A DNA stretch of 64,000 nucleotides from Bacteroidota bacterium. Lineage in GTDB: Bacteria > Bacteroidota > Bacteroidia > Chitinophagales > LD1. Below are positions 48,948 through 57,462 of this stretch, in pieces. The stretch is taken from assembly GCA_947478005.1 (NCBI GenBank), contig CANJVG010000003.1, positions 6,696 to 70,695 on the forward strand, read 5' to 3'. How positions within the stretch are numbered: position 1 is the first letter of the stretch; every line of letters starts with the position of its first letter. A model generated the notes under the pieces. That model was not told where the DNA came from. It made no database searches and saw only the letters and a program-made list of their open reading frames with translations. A program made the position numbers and the translations under genes.

Positions 48948-48960
48948 TGGTTATGGTTTA

Positions 48961-49000
48961 GAAAGAAAGAATCCCGCTTTTATAAGGCGGGATTCAAAAA
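48961..49000 (-). terminator. Hairpin/terminator after ssb
   Basis: GAATCCCGC/GCGGGATTC 9-bp stem with a T-rich tail on the minus strand. Confidence 0.75.
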
Positions 49001-49013
49001 TCAATTTTGAAAT

Positions 49014-49454
49014 TTAGAATGGCAAATCATCATCTGGTGCAGAAGTATTAGCAGGCGCTTCTTCGCGAACAGGAGAATTTGAATTAGATGTGGGTGCAGA
49101 ATAACTTCCGCCACCACCGGAATCTTTTTTACTGTCTAACATTTTAAATCCTTCGCAAACGACTTCTGTTACATAGCGCTTGTTACCGTCTTTGTCATCA
49201 TAAGAGCGTGTTTTTATTTTACCTTCTACATGAATCAAGCTGCCCTTTTTCAAGTACTTTTCGGCTACCTCCGCTAACTTTGGAGTAGGGATTTTCACAT
49301 TGTGCCAATCAGTTTGCTCTACCTTGTTACCTTGCTTGTCTTTGTAACTATCATCTGTAGCAACGGTGAATTCTGCAATCGCGCCACCGTTTTCGAAATG
49401 TTTTACTACAGGGTCTTTGCCCAATCTGCCTATAAGAAATACTTTGTTAACCAT
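49014..49454 (-). CDS. ssb: Single-stranded DNA-binding protein
   Basis: VNKVFLIGRLGKDP, TDWHNV, EGKIKTRSY and acidic DDDLPF tail. Confidence 0.98.
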   Translation of the reverse strand: MVNKVFLIGRLGKDPVVKHFENGGAIAEFTVATDDSYKDKQGNKVEQTDWHNVKIPTPKLAEVAEKYLKKGSLIHVEGKIKTRSYDDKDGNKRYVTEVVCEGFKMLDSKKDSGGGGSYSAPTSNSNSPVREEAPANTSAPDDDLPF

Positions 49455-49490
49455 AGCTATAAATTTTATGTGTTTGAAATAATGGGAATA

Positions 49491-50552
49491 CTAAAGTAAG
49501 GACTTTTCAAATAAAAACAAATGAATTGTTTTTGGTAAGGCTAATTGAGCGAGCGCCTTAATCTTAACTAGCCTTGCTTTTTCTATTTGTAAAGCGCGAA
49601 TATCCTTTACCACAAGATGAATAAACCGAAAATGAATTTTCTGATGCGAGAGCAGTTGAATAATTTCTTTTGAGCTCGATTCAATTTTAAAGTCTTCTGT
49701 TTTGAGGAATTTCAAAAGGGTGTTCTTCAAATTCTTCGTCAACGGCTTTTCTGTTTCAATCAGCGGTAGTTCATAGAGGCTTTTCCAGATGTCGCTATCG
49801 GTTCGCTTTTGAATGAAGATTTCTTTCTCGTTTTTAATCACCAGGTAATTGAAGTAGCGATTTCTGATTTTGGTTTTCTTTTCTCGATACGGGAGCACAT
49901 CAATCGTCCCTTCTTTTTTTGCCACACATATTTTGTTCAATGGGCAAACCTCACATTTCGGATTTGGAGGCACACACACGGTGCCTCCAAAATCCATAAT
50001 AGCCTGATTGTAAATGGCAGGATTCTTTTCATCCAAAACCTCTTGTGCAAGCTGGGCAAATTCTTTCTTCCCTTCGGTAATATCGAAAGCAGTTTCTACG
50101 CCAAACACACGCGATAAAACACGAATAACGTTTCCATCTACCACGGCTTTTTTTTCGCTAAAGGCAAACGAAGCAATTGCCGCAGCGGTATAATCACCCA
50201 CACCCCTCAGCTTCTTCAATCCATCGAAGGTGTTTGGAAATATTCCTTTGTAATTCTGCTGAATGTTCTTGGCTGTTTCGTGCAGGTTTCGTGCGCGGGA
50301 GTAATAACCCAACCCCTGCCAAAGCCGCATTACTTCATCTTCTTTTGCCAGTGCCAGATGTTTTACGCTCGGATATTTTTCCTTAAACCGAAGAAAATAA
50401 GGAAGCCCCTGCTCTACTCGCGTTTGTTGCAAAATAATTTCACTCAGCCAGATGTAATAGGGATTCTTTTCTCCCTTCCAGGGCATCTCGCGCCTGTTCT
50501 CTTCTTCGTTCCATTGCAATAAAAGAGCAGCAAATTTTTTCTTGCTGTTCAT
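49491..50552 (-). CDS. mutY: A/G-specific adenine glycosylase
   Basis: WLSEIILQQTRV, WQGLGYYSRARN, GVGDYTA, VVDGNV and C-x6-C-x2-C-x5-C Fe-S cluster motif. Confidence 0.98.
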   Translation of the reverse strand: MNSKKKFAALLLQWNEEENRREMPWKGEKNPYYIWLSEIILQQTRVEQGLPYFLRFKEKYPSVKHLALAKEDEVMRLWQGLGYYSRARNLHETAKNIQQNYKGIFPNTFDGLKKLRGVGDYTAAAIASFAFSEKKAVVDGNVIRVLSRVFGVETAFDITEGKKEFAQLAQEVLDEKNPAIYNQAIMDFGGTVCVPPNPKCEVCPLNKICVAKKEGTIDVLPYREKKTKIRNRYFNYLVIKNEKEIFIQKRTDSDIWKSLYELPLIETEKPLTKNLKNTLLKFLKTEDFKIESSSKEIIQLLSHQKIHFRFIHLVVKDIRALQIEKARLVKIKALAQLALPKTIHLFLFEKSLL

Positions 50553-51641
50553 CTATGGAATGGTGTAGTTGATTTGTGTGGTGGCGTTAGTGGTGCTGTG
50601 CTCTGGCAAGGTGAATGTTGTAGGGGTGGCACTAAGCCAATCGCCATGATAATTGTAGATGTTTCCATCCGTATCATACATGGCATAGAGATAATAAGTG
50701 CCAGGGTGCATGTAGTTGAAAGTGAAGTCATGGTCGTTGGAAGGAAGGCTGACATAGCGCGAACGACATTTCAGGTTAATGGTGATGCCGGAGAACAATG
50801 GCTGTGTAGTAATCATCAACAGCACCTTTTTATTCGGATTGGGTGAATGAGTTCCGTCAAAAGAATAGCTGATAGTTGCTTTGCCAAGGTAAGGTTGCTG
50901 CGCTTCGGTATATGGGTCGGCACCGGTGGTAGAATAAAAAATAGATTCAGGTTGACCGGTGAAGGAAGGGGAGAAATCTTTTGTCAAAGTTTTTTGTGGG
51001 AAATTAAAATGACTTACTGCATTGGCGCAGGAAGTAAGGTCTTGCAAACCTGCGCTCCAACTCATGTGCAAAACAGGAGCTGTCAATGAATTCAGTTTGT
51101 TGGTGTATGACCTAAGGGTCATACTATCGCCTTTAAAAATCACCTCGCTGTAGGCGCGGTTTCTGCCCTTCACTATTTCCGAGAAGAGGTAATACGATTG
51201 CGCACTCGTTTCCGAAACACTGTCGGCCAGCAAATAGGAAACCCTTGTAAACCCCGCAAAGCCGCCACCGTTTCTGAAACATACTTTGTAGCTGCCGTTG
51301 TATTTGGCAATGAAGAAAGACATGTGTATGTCGTTCAGACTGTCCAATTCATTCTTCGATGAAATCTGATTTTCAGAAATCGGTCTGAAATCTACAATCC
51401 ATTCGGGATAGCTACCGAGCCCCGTGGTAGAAGTAACAGGTCCATCCCAGATTCCTTTTATCTTACTCAACAAGCCAAAACCCAGGGTGTTGTCGAGGGT
51501 GTAAATGGTGGTGTCAACGGGTATTTGGGTGGTATCTACAGGAGGAGTGACGTTAGGGTTGGGTTTGTCTTTGCACGAGTTGGCAAAGAAAGCGAACACA
51601 AATACCGACAGCAGAATCGCAAGGACCGAATATTTTTTCAT
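50553..51641 (-). CDS. Hypothetical lipoprotein
   Basis: 362 aa; lipoprotein signal ending ANSC followed by a Pro/Thr-rich linker. Confidence 0.8.
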   Translation of the reverse strand: MKKYSVLAILLSVFVFAFFANSCKDKPNPNVTPPVDTTQIPVDTTIYTLDNTLGFGLLSKIKGIWDGPVTSTTGLGSYPEWIVDFRPISENQISSKNELDSLNDIHMSFFIAKYNGSYKVCFRNGGGFAGFTRVSYLLADSVSETSAQSYYLFSEIVKGRNRAYSEVIFKGDSMTLRSYTNKLNSLTAPVLHMSWSAGLQDLTSCANAVSHFNFPQKTLTKDFSPSFTGQPESIFYSTTGADPYTEAQQPYLGKATISYSFDGTHSPNPNKKVLLMITTQPLFSGITINLKCRSRYVSLPSNDHDFTFNYMHPGTYYLYAMYDTDGNIYNYHGDWLSATPTTFTLPEHSTTNATTQINYTIP

Positions 51642-51761
51642 GACTTGATTTTAATGCCACAAAGCTATGAACTATGAAGAAAGTTTTTGTTTGAAAGAAT
51701 ATTTTTCACCTTTATGCATATTTTTCAATTTACCATTGTATAACTAAACCAACCGTGGACC

Positions 51762-52076
51762 ATGAGAAAAGTTGACATTGTTTCTAAAATAGCCGATGTA
51801 ACAGGAGTGCCGAAAACAGATGTATTGATTACCCTGGAGGCATTTTTTAAGGAAGTTAAAAACCAGGTGAAAACCGGAGAGAGCGTTTATGTACGGGGCT
51901 TCGGAAGTTTTGTGCCCAAACTGCGGGCAGAGAAAATAGGCCGCATTATTTCGCGCAAAGAATCTTGCGTTATTCCTGCTCATTATATTCCGGCCTTCAA
52001 ACCTGCCCAGATTTTTGTGGATCAGGTGAAGAAGAATTTTAAGCCGGGGGATGAGAAAAAGGAGGAGCGGGCATAG
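51762..52076 (+). CDS. HU/IHF family DNA-binding protein
   Basis: GESVYVRGFGSF, RAEKIGR, IPAFKP. Confidence 0.95.
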   Translation: MRKVDIVSKIADVTGVPKTDVLITLEAFFKEVKNQVKTGESVYVRGFGSFVPKLRAEKIGRIISRKESCVIPAHYIPAFKPAQIFVDQVKKNFKPGDEKKEERA

Positions 52077-52105
52077 CAGTAGTTTTTCTGCTGTTACAAT
52101 AGACG

Positions 52106-52131
52106 CGCCTGTGTTTCGAAATACAGGCGCT
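52106..52131 (+). terminator. Hairpin after the HU gene, possible terminator
   Basis: GCGCCTGTGTTTCGAAATACAGGCGC stem-loop; U tail is weak. Confidence 0.55.
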
Positions 52132-52186
52132 GTATCTTTATCCAAAAGCCAGCAACAAATCAAAAGTAATTGCTCACCTGCTCGGT

Positions 52187-52251
52187 GAACAGGATATGAA
52201 AAGTCAAGAGCCGAAGAATTTCTTCGGCTCTTGACTTTTCATATCCTGTTC
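52187..52251. repeat. 65-bp palindrome: perfect 32-bp arms around a 1-nt centre
   Basis: GAACAGGATATGAAAAGTCAAGAGCCGAAGAA-T-TTCTTCGGCTCTTGACTTTTCATATCCTGTTC. Confidence 0.95.
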
Positions 52252-52283
52252 TGAATTTATTCCGATATTTGGTTTTTTAACAC

Positions 52284-52776
52284 GTTTAGTGTTCCCCATC
52301 CCGAATTTAATGAATCCGGACTCGAATTGAACGGAGCTGGAGGCGAGATAAACCACACTTTACCTACATTGAATTACCGAAGACCCACATTGAATCAGTA
52401 AAGACTTAAATTGAATTAGTAAAGACATAGATTGAACAAGTAAATACTTACATTGTATTAGCAAATACTGACGTTTTATAAGTAGTTACCTAAGTTTTGT
52501 TAGGTAAACATGACATAAGACAAGCTTAACCTTGAAAAAAACAAGTATTTGCCTTGATTGTATCATGTTTTACCTTCATTGTTCAAGTTCAAATGACCTC
52601 TGACCTCATTCAATGAGGTTCTGGGGCTATTCAATGGACATTTTGGACTATACAAACAGGTTAAACAGCCATTCTTACAGCCTCCGAACCTGTTCAATTG
52701 AATTCTGGCTTTGTTCAAACAGAGTCTGTTGCCATTCAAGCCAAATCCCGAGTTCTTCAACCCAATGAACCCATAA
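52284..52776. repeat. Array C: 21-nt-period degenerate tandem array with two inverted arms
   Basis: Left arm ATTGAA at 52326, 52368, 52389, 52410, 52431 (variants at 52305, 52452); right arm TTCAA at 52588, 52609, 52630, 52693, 52714, 52735, 52756 (variants at 52651, 52672). Confidence 0.88.
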
Positions 52777-52915
52777 ATTTTATGAAGCCACTTGCTTCGG
52801 ACTGCTTTGTAGAATACGGACAATCTCTATTCCCATTTAATTAAGTTTGTTTACTGTGAAGCGGATGACCGCCTCCGTCATTTCCACTTAACATTAAACC
52901 CGCAACTTGCGCCCT

Positions 52916-53710
52916 ATGAGTGAACGAAAACGAAAAGTAAAGGTGGTTGTCATCTCCGATATTCATTTGGGTTTTGTGGGTTGTCGCGCCAAAGAGCTCA
53001 ATAAATATTTAAAAAGTGTGGAGCCCGAAATACTCATTATCAATGGCGATTTCATCGACATCTGGCAGTTTCGTACCTACTATTTTCCCAAGTCACACTC
53101 CAAGGTATTGCAGCGCGTGTTCAAATTTATTTCGGAGGGCGTGAAGGTTTATTACCTCACCGGCAACCACGATGAAATGTTGCGCAGATACAGCGGGTTG
53201 AATTTGGGCAATCTGGAATTGGAGGACAAATTGGTGCTGGATTTGGATGGGAAAAAGCATTGGTTTTTTCACGGAGATATTTTTGATGTGACCATGCAGG
53301 GCTCGCGGTGGCTCGCCAAGTTAGGGACCACGGGCTACGAACTCTTAATTCTAATCAACAAACTCGTCAACTTTTTTCTCACGCTTTTTGGCCGCCAAAT
53401 ATCTTCCTTTTCGCAACAGGTAAAATTTGCCAGCAAGCGCGGTATTAAGAAATTGCACAACCACGAAACCACCGCTGCCGAAATTGCTTTGGACCAAGGC
53501 TATGATGTGGTCATAAACGGGCACGTTCATTTGCCCTGCATTAAAGAAATCAAAACCGAACGCGGCAGCGTGCTCTATTTAAACAGTGGTGATTGGGTAG
53601 AAAACATGACGGCCCTGGAATACAATAATGGCGAATGGAAGTTGGTTTGGTATAAGAATCTGATTTTCCCCGAAACATGGCTAAAGGTAGAAGAAGAAGA
53701 TTTGCCATAG
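52916..53710 (+). CDS. lpxH: UDP-2,3-diacylglucosamine hydrolase-like metallophosphoesterase
   Basis: SDIHLG, NGDFID, GNHDE, HGD, GHVH and YLNSGDWVE motifs. Confidence 0.85.
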   Translation: MSERKRKVKVVVISDIHLGFVGCRAKELNKYLKSVEPEILIINGDFIDIWQFRTYYFPKSHSKVLQRVFKFISEGVKVYYLTGNHDEMLRRYSGLNLGNLELEDKLVLDLDGKKHWFFHGDIFDVTMQGSRWLAKLGTTGYELLILINKLVNFFLTLFGRQISSFSQQVKFASKRGIKKLHNHETTAAEIALDQGYDVVINGHVHLPCIKEIKTERGSVLYLNSGDWVENMTALEYNNGEWKLVWYKNLIFPETWLKVEEEDLP

Positions 53711-53832
53711 TAGTAGATTCGTGATTAGTTGATTGGAAAATCGGTGGATTAGTAAATACAATTTAGGAAACTAAAGGCTGTTTGTATTTACTGATTTACA
53801 AGTCCACTAATCTCTAATCCACCAATCACTAT
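53711..53832. repeat. Inverted array of degenerate 7-8-nt repeats
   Basis: Left GATTAGT/GATTGG-type units, right ACTAATC/CCAATC-type units, inner stem AGTAAATACAA/TTGTATTTACT. Confidence 0.75.
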
Positions 53833-53885
53833 TTGTTTATTTCGAAATTCTTCTACTTTCATTTTTTTAACTATTAGCCCCGCCC

Positions 53886-56285
53886 ATGAAAAAACTCTAC
53901 GCTGTAATTTTTGTCACCACATTTTTTCTCCAATCTCTATCTGCCCAAAACGGTGAACTCTCCGGCTTAGTTAAAGAATCAGACAATGGTGAGACGGTTA
54001 GTTCCGTAGCCGTTAAATATGGTAAAGGCAAAGGCGTGATAACCGATGCCGTGGGCAAATATGTTCTGTCGCTGCCCGCAGGCGAATATGAAATTTCCTT
54101 TAGTGCCATCGGTTACAAAACCCAAAAGCATAAAATAACTCTGGTTGCAGGCGACAAACAAAAGCTCGATATCAAGTTAAATTCAGACGTTTTTAAGTTG
54201 AATGAAGTGGTGTCCGTTAGCCAATATAAAAAGAATGCGGCTAAAGAAACTGTTTCGACCAGTGTAATTGGTAGGGATCAGATTAAGAACACAAACAGCA
54301 ATGACCTAGGCGAAGTGGTCAATAAAACATCGGGTGTGCTGGTGCAGGACGGGCAGATTTCTATTCGCGGAGGAAGCTCTTATTCGTATGGAGTTGGTTC
54401 GCGCACAGCGGTGCTTACCGATGGTTTATCGCTAAGCAGTGCCGATTTGGGTCAAACACAAAACACTTTTGTTCCATTAGAAAATGTAAAACAAGTAGAG
54501 GTTATTAAAGGAGCATCTTCGGTTATTTATGGCTCTTCAGCATTGAATGGTGTGATCAACGTTATCACCGATTGGCCAAAGGAATCGGAACCCCGAACGG
54601 AGATAGAAACCAATGCCGGAGTTTCTGATCAACCAATAGACCCACGCAAGAAGTGGTGGGGTTCATCTCCACCGTTTTTGGGCAGCATCAATATTAATCA
54701 CCAACGCAGAATCAAAGATTTGCAACTGGTGGTGGGTGCCAACATTTCCTATAACAGCAGTTTTTTGCAAGGCGATAACAGCTGGCGGTTGCGAGCTATG
54801 TTTAAAACACGGTACATAGACCCGAAGCATGTAGGTATTACTTATGGCGTAAACGGTAGTGTTCAATTAGAGCGCGCTGACCAATTTTTTATTTCCAGCG
54901 ATTTAGATTCGGGAGCTTTGAGGCCTGCTGCTTCTTCAAGTAGCGATTACAACAAGATTACCATTGATCCGCATTTTAATTACAGCAACCCCAAGGGGCA
55001 CAACTACAAACTCAATGTCCGCTACATGAATATTTTCCGGAAGGGAAACGGATCAGATATAGATGCAGTGAGCCATTCTATGATTATCGACAATCAATAT
55101 CAATATCGGTTTAGAAAAGATTTGTTGATCGTTACGGCCGGTGTTCCGTTTTCTTTCGGCTATTCGCAAAGCAATCTTTATTCAAGGAGCGGTCCTCACT
55201 TTAATTTTAACTGGGCCCTTTATACCCAAGTGGAATTCAATTATAAGGTGCTGTCGCTACAGGGTGGTTTTCGCTATGAAATAGCCGGTTTAGATACACT
55301 AATGAACTATGGCCTTCCGACCACCATAAAAAACAAGCAAGTAGGCCTTCCTGTTTTCAGAGCCGGCATGAATATTCAGGCAAGCAAGTCAACAAATATC
55401 CGGCTAAGTTGGGGGCAGGGTTATCGCATACCTACCATTGCCGAAAAATATTTGGCCGCTCAATTTACAGGCATTGTAAACATTGTGCCTAACGATACCC
55501 TTAAAACCGAAACCGGCTGGAATTTTGAATTTGGCATACAACAGGGTGTACAGATTAAAAACTGGAAATTAGGCGTTGACTTTGCCTTCTTTTGGCAGGA
55601 GAGTAAAAACTTTATTGAGTATAATGTGGGGATATGGGACAATAAATATTCCAATGGCGACACCATTCTTCCCAAATCTTTTGAGGCCTTTCCCGGAAAG
55701 CTTTTAGGCCCTAAGCCTGTTAATATCGAAAACTCGCGTACTGCTGGCTATGAAATCGGATTAATGAGCAGTGGCAAAATTGGTCCTGTTGGTTTGAGGA
55801 TTAACGCAGGCTACACCTACAATTTTCCTACCAGAAAGGATGGTGACACTGGCAGTATAGGTTACAGTACGAAGCAATTCTTGCATGATATGTTTGCCTT
55901 TAACAGCAAGCGCGTGGATTCTGCTACTAAGCAATATATATTGGGCTATCGCATCCGCCACTTAGTGCGTGCAGATATTGAAATTTCCTTTTGGAAAGCA
56001 TACCTGGGCGCTACCTTCTATTATGCGTCCACCCCTGAAAAGGTACCAAAATTTTTTAAAGATGTTTCCAATGCTATATTCCACGATGAGAATGCTGTAG
56101 ACAAATACTTAGCCAGTCGCGGCAATGGCGATTTTGCTATTGATTTGCGAGCAGGAATAAAATTTACAGACCGTTTTACGATGGGGTTTATTGTCAAGAA
56201 TGTGACCAACAATCTCTACTCGCTCAGACCTGGTCGGCCAGAGCCATTGCGAAACTATACCTTCCAGTTTAGGTATAACTTTTAA
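53886..56285 (+). CDS. TonB-dependent receptor
   Basis: Signal peptide, N-terminal extension, plug motif VEVIKGASSVIYGSSALNGVINVIT, C-terminal Phe (FRYNF). Confidence 0.95.
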   Translation: MKKLYAVIFVTTFFLQSLSAQNGELSGLVKESDNGETVSSVAVKYGKGKGVITDAVGKYVLSLPAGEYEISFSAIGYKTQKHKITLVAGDKQKLDIKLNSDVFKLNEVVSVSQYKKNAAKETVSTSVIGRDQIKNTNSNDLGEVVNKTSGVLVQDGQISIRGGSSYSYGVGSRTAVLTDGLSLSSADLGQTQNTFVPLENVKQVEVIKGASSVIYGSSALNGVINVITDWPKESEPRTEIETNAGVSDQPIDPRKKWWGSSPPFLGSININHQRRIKDLQLVVGANISYNSSFLQGDNSWRLRAMFKTRYIDPKHVGITYGVNGSVQLERADQFFISSDLDSGALRPAASSSSDYNKITIDPHFNYSNPKGHNYKLNVRYMNIFRKGNGSDIDAVSHSMIIDNQYQYRFRKDLLIVTAGVPFSFGYSQSNLYSRSGPHFNFNWALYTQVEFNYKVLSLQGGFRYEIAGLDTLMNYGLPTTIKNKQVGLPVFRAGMNIQASKSTNIRLSWGQGYRIPTIAEKYLAAQFTGIVNIVPNDTLKTETGWNFEFGIQQGVQIKNWKLGVDFAFFWQESKNFIEYNVGIWDNKYSNGDTILPKSFEAFPGKLLGPKPVNIENSRTAGYEIGLMSSGKIGPVGLRINAGYTYNFPTRKDGDTGSIGYSTKQFLHDMFAFNSKRVDSATKQYILGYRIRHLVRADIEISFWKAYLGATFYYASTPEKVPKFFKDVSNAIFHDENAVDKYLASRGNGDFAIDLRAGIKFTDRFTMGFIVKNVTNNLYSLRPGRPEPLRNYTFQFRYNF

Positions 56286-56349
56286 GTTCAGGTAATCCGC
56301 TTTATCTGCAGAATTTCTAAGCGGAAGAAAATATTTGCGATAATCCGCT

Positions 56350-57459
56350 GTGGTCTATCGCATATTTTCACCTTTGCGCCTCAAATTTTTGCCTGTGTCA
56401 AAATTCACTTGGTTCCTTTTAGCTCTGGTAGTATTAGTAGCTGGCATTCTGGTTTACAACAAAGTGCTTCACCCAAAAGAAGTGGCTGCCCCAATGGGCA
56501 AGGGCGGTCCTCCCAAAGATATTTCGGTGAGCGTATTTATTGTGCGGGCAAAAAATTTAGAGAACGGAATAGTGGCCTCTGGCACCCTGCTGGCAAATGA
56601 AGAAGTGGAGTTGCACCCCGAAGCATCTGGAAAAATTACTGCGCTGAACCTGAACGAAGGCACAGCCGTTGCGAAAGGCACTTTGCTCATAAAGCTTTTT
56701 GATGCCGACCTGCAGGCTCAACTCAAAAAACTTTCGCTTCAAAGAGAAGCAGCTAAAAAAACCGAAACGCGATTAAAACAATTATTGACTATCAGTGGTA
56801 TTGGTCAACAGGAATATGACAATGCAGTGACTCAACTGAATAATATTAAAGCCGACATGGACCTGACCCAGGCACAAATCTCGAAGACAGAAGTGCGCGC
56901 TCCGTTTAACGGAGTGGTGGGTTTAAAGAATGTAAGTATAGGCGCTTATGTCTCACCAAGCACTTCTATCGCTACCTTGCAACAGATAGACCCGCTCAAA
57001 ATTGACTTTACTGTTCCTGAAAAGTATTCTTCTTCAGTTGGAAAGGGAGATGTGATAAAATTTTCGGTTGATGGTTCATCCGAAACATTCACGGGGAAGG
57101 TTTTTGCTATTGAACCCAAGATAGATGAAGCTACACGCAGTATAAAGGTGCGGGCGTTGGTAAGTAACTCAAAAACAAAATTATTCCCCGGTGCTTTCGC
57201 CAAAATTGATTTAGGATTAAAGAGCGTAACCGGTGCATTGATGGTTCCCACGCAGTGCATTATTCCTGAAGCACGGAACAAGAAATTGATCGTAGTGAGA
57301 GATGGCAAAGCGAAATTTGTGGTGGTAGAAACCGGAGTGCGCAATGAATCTTCCATACAAATTACCAGCGGAATAGAAGCGGGCGATACAATAGTGGCTA
57401 CAGCTCTGATGTATGTGAAACCTGATGGAGGAGTGAAGGTGGTAAAAGTGATTGAATAA
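56350..57459 (+). CDS. RND efflux periplasmic adaptor (MFP); true start may be ~45 nt downstream
   Basis: N-terminal TM anchor, EASGKI, VRAPFNGVVG, IDEATRSIKVRA, L.VPTQCI. Confidence 0.95.
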   Translation: MVYRIFSPLRLKFLPVSKFTWFLLALVVLVAGILVYNKVLHPKEVAAPMGKGGPPKDISVSVFIVRAKNLENGIVASGTLLANEEVELHPEASGKITALNLNEGTAVAKGTLLIKLFDADLQAQLKKLSLQREAAKKTETRLKQLLTISGIGQQEYDNAVTQLNNIKADMDLTQAQISKTEVRAPFNGVVGLKNVSIGAYVSPSTSIATLQQIDPLKIDFTVPEKYSSSVGKGDVIKFSVDGSSETFTGKVFAIEPKIDEATRSIKVRALVSNSKTKLFPGAFAKIDLGLKSVTGALMVPTQCIIPEARNKKLIVVRDGKAKFVVVETGVRNESSIQITSGIEAGDTIVATALMYVKPDGGVKVVKVIE

Positions 57460-57462
57460 AAA

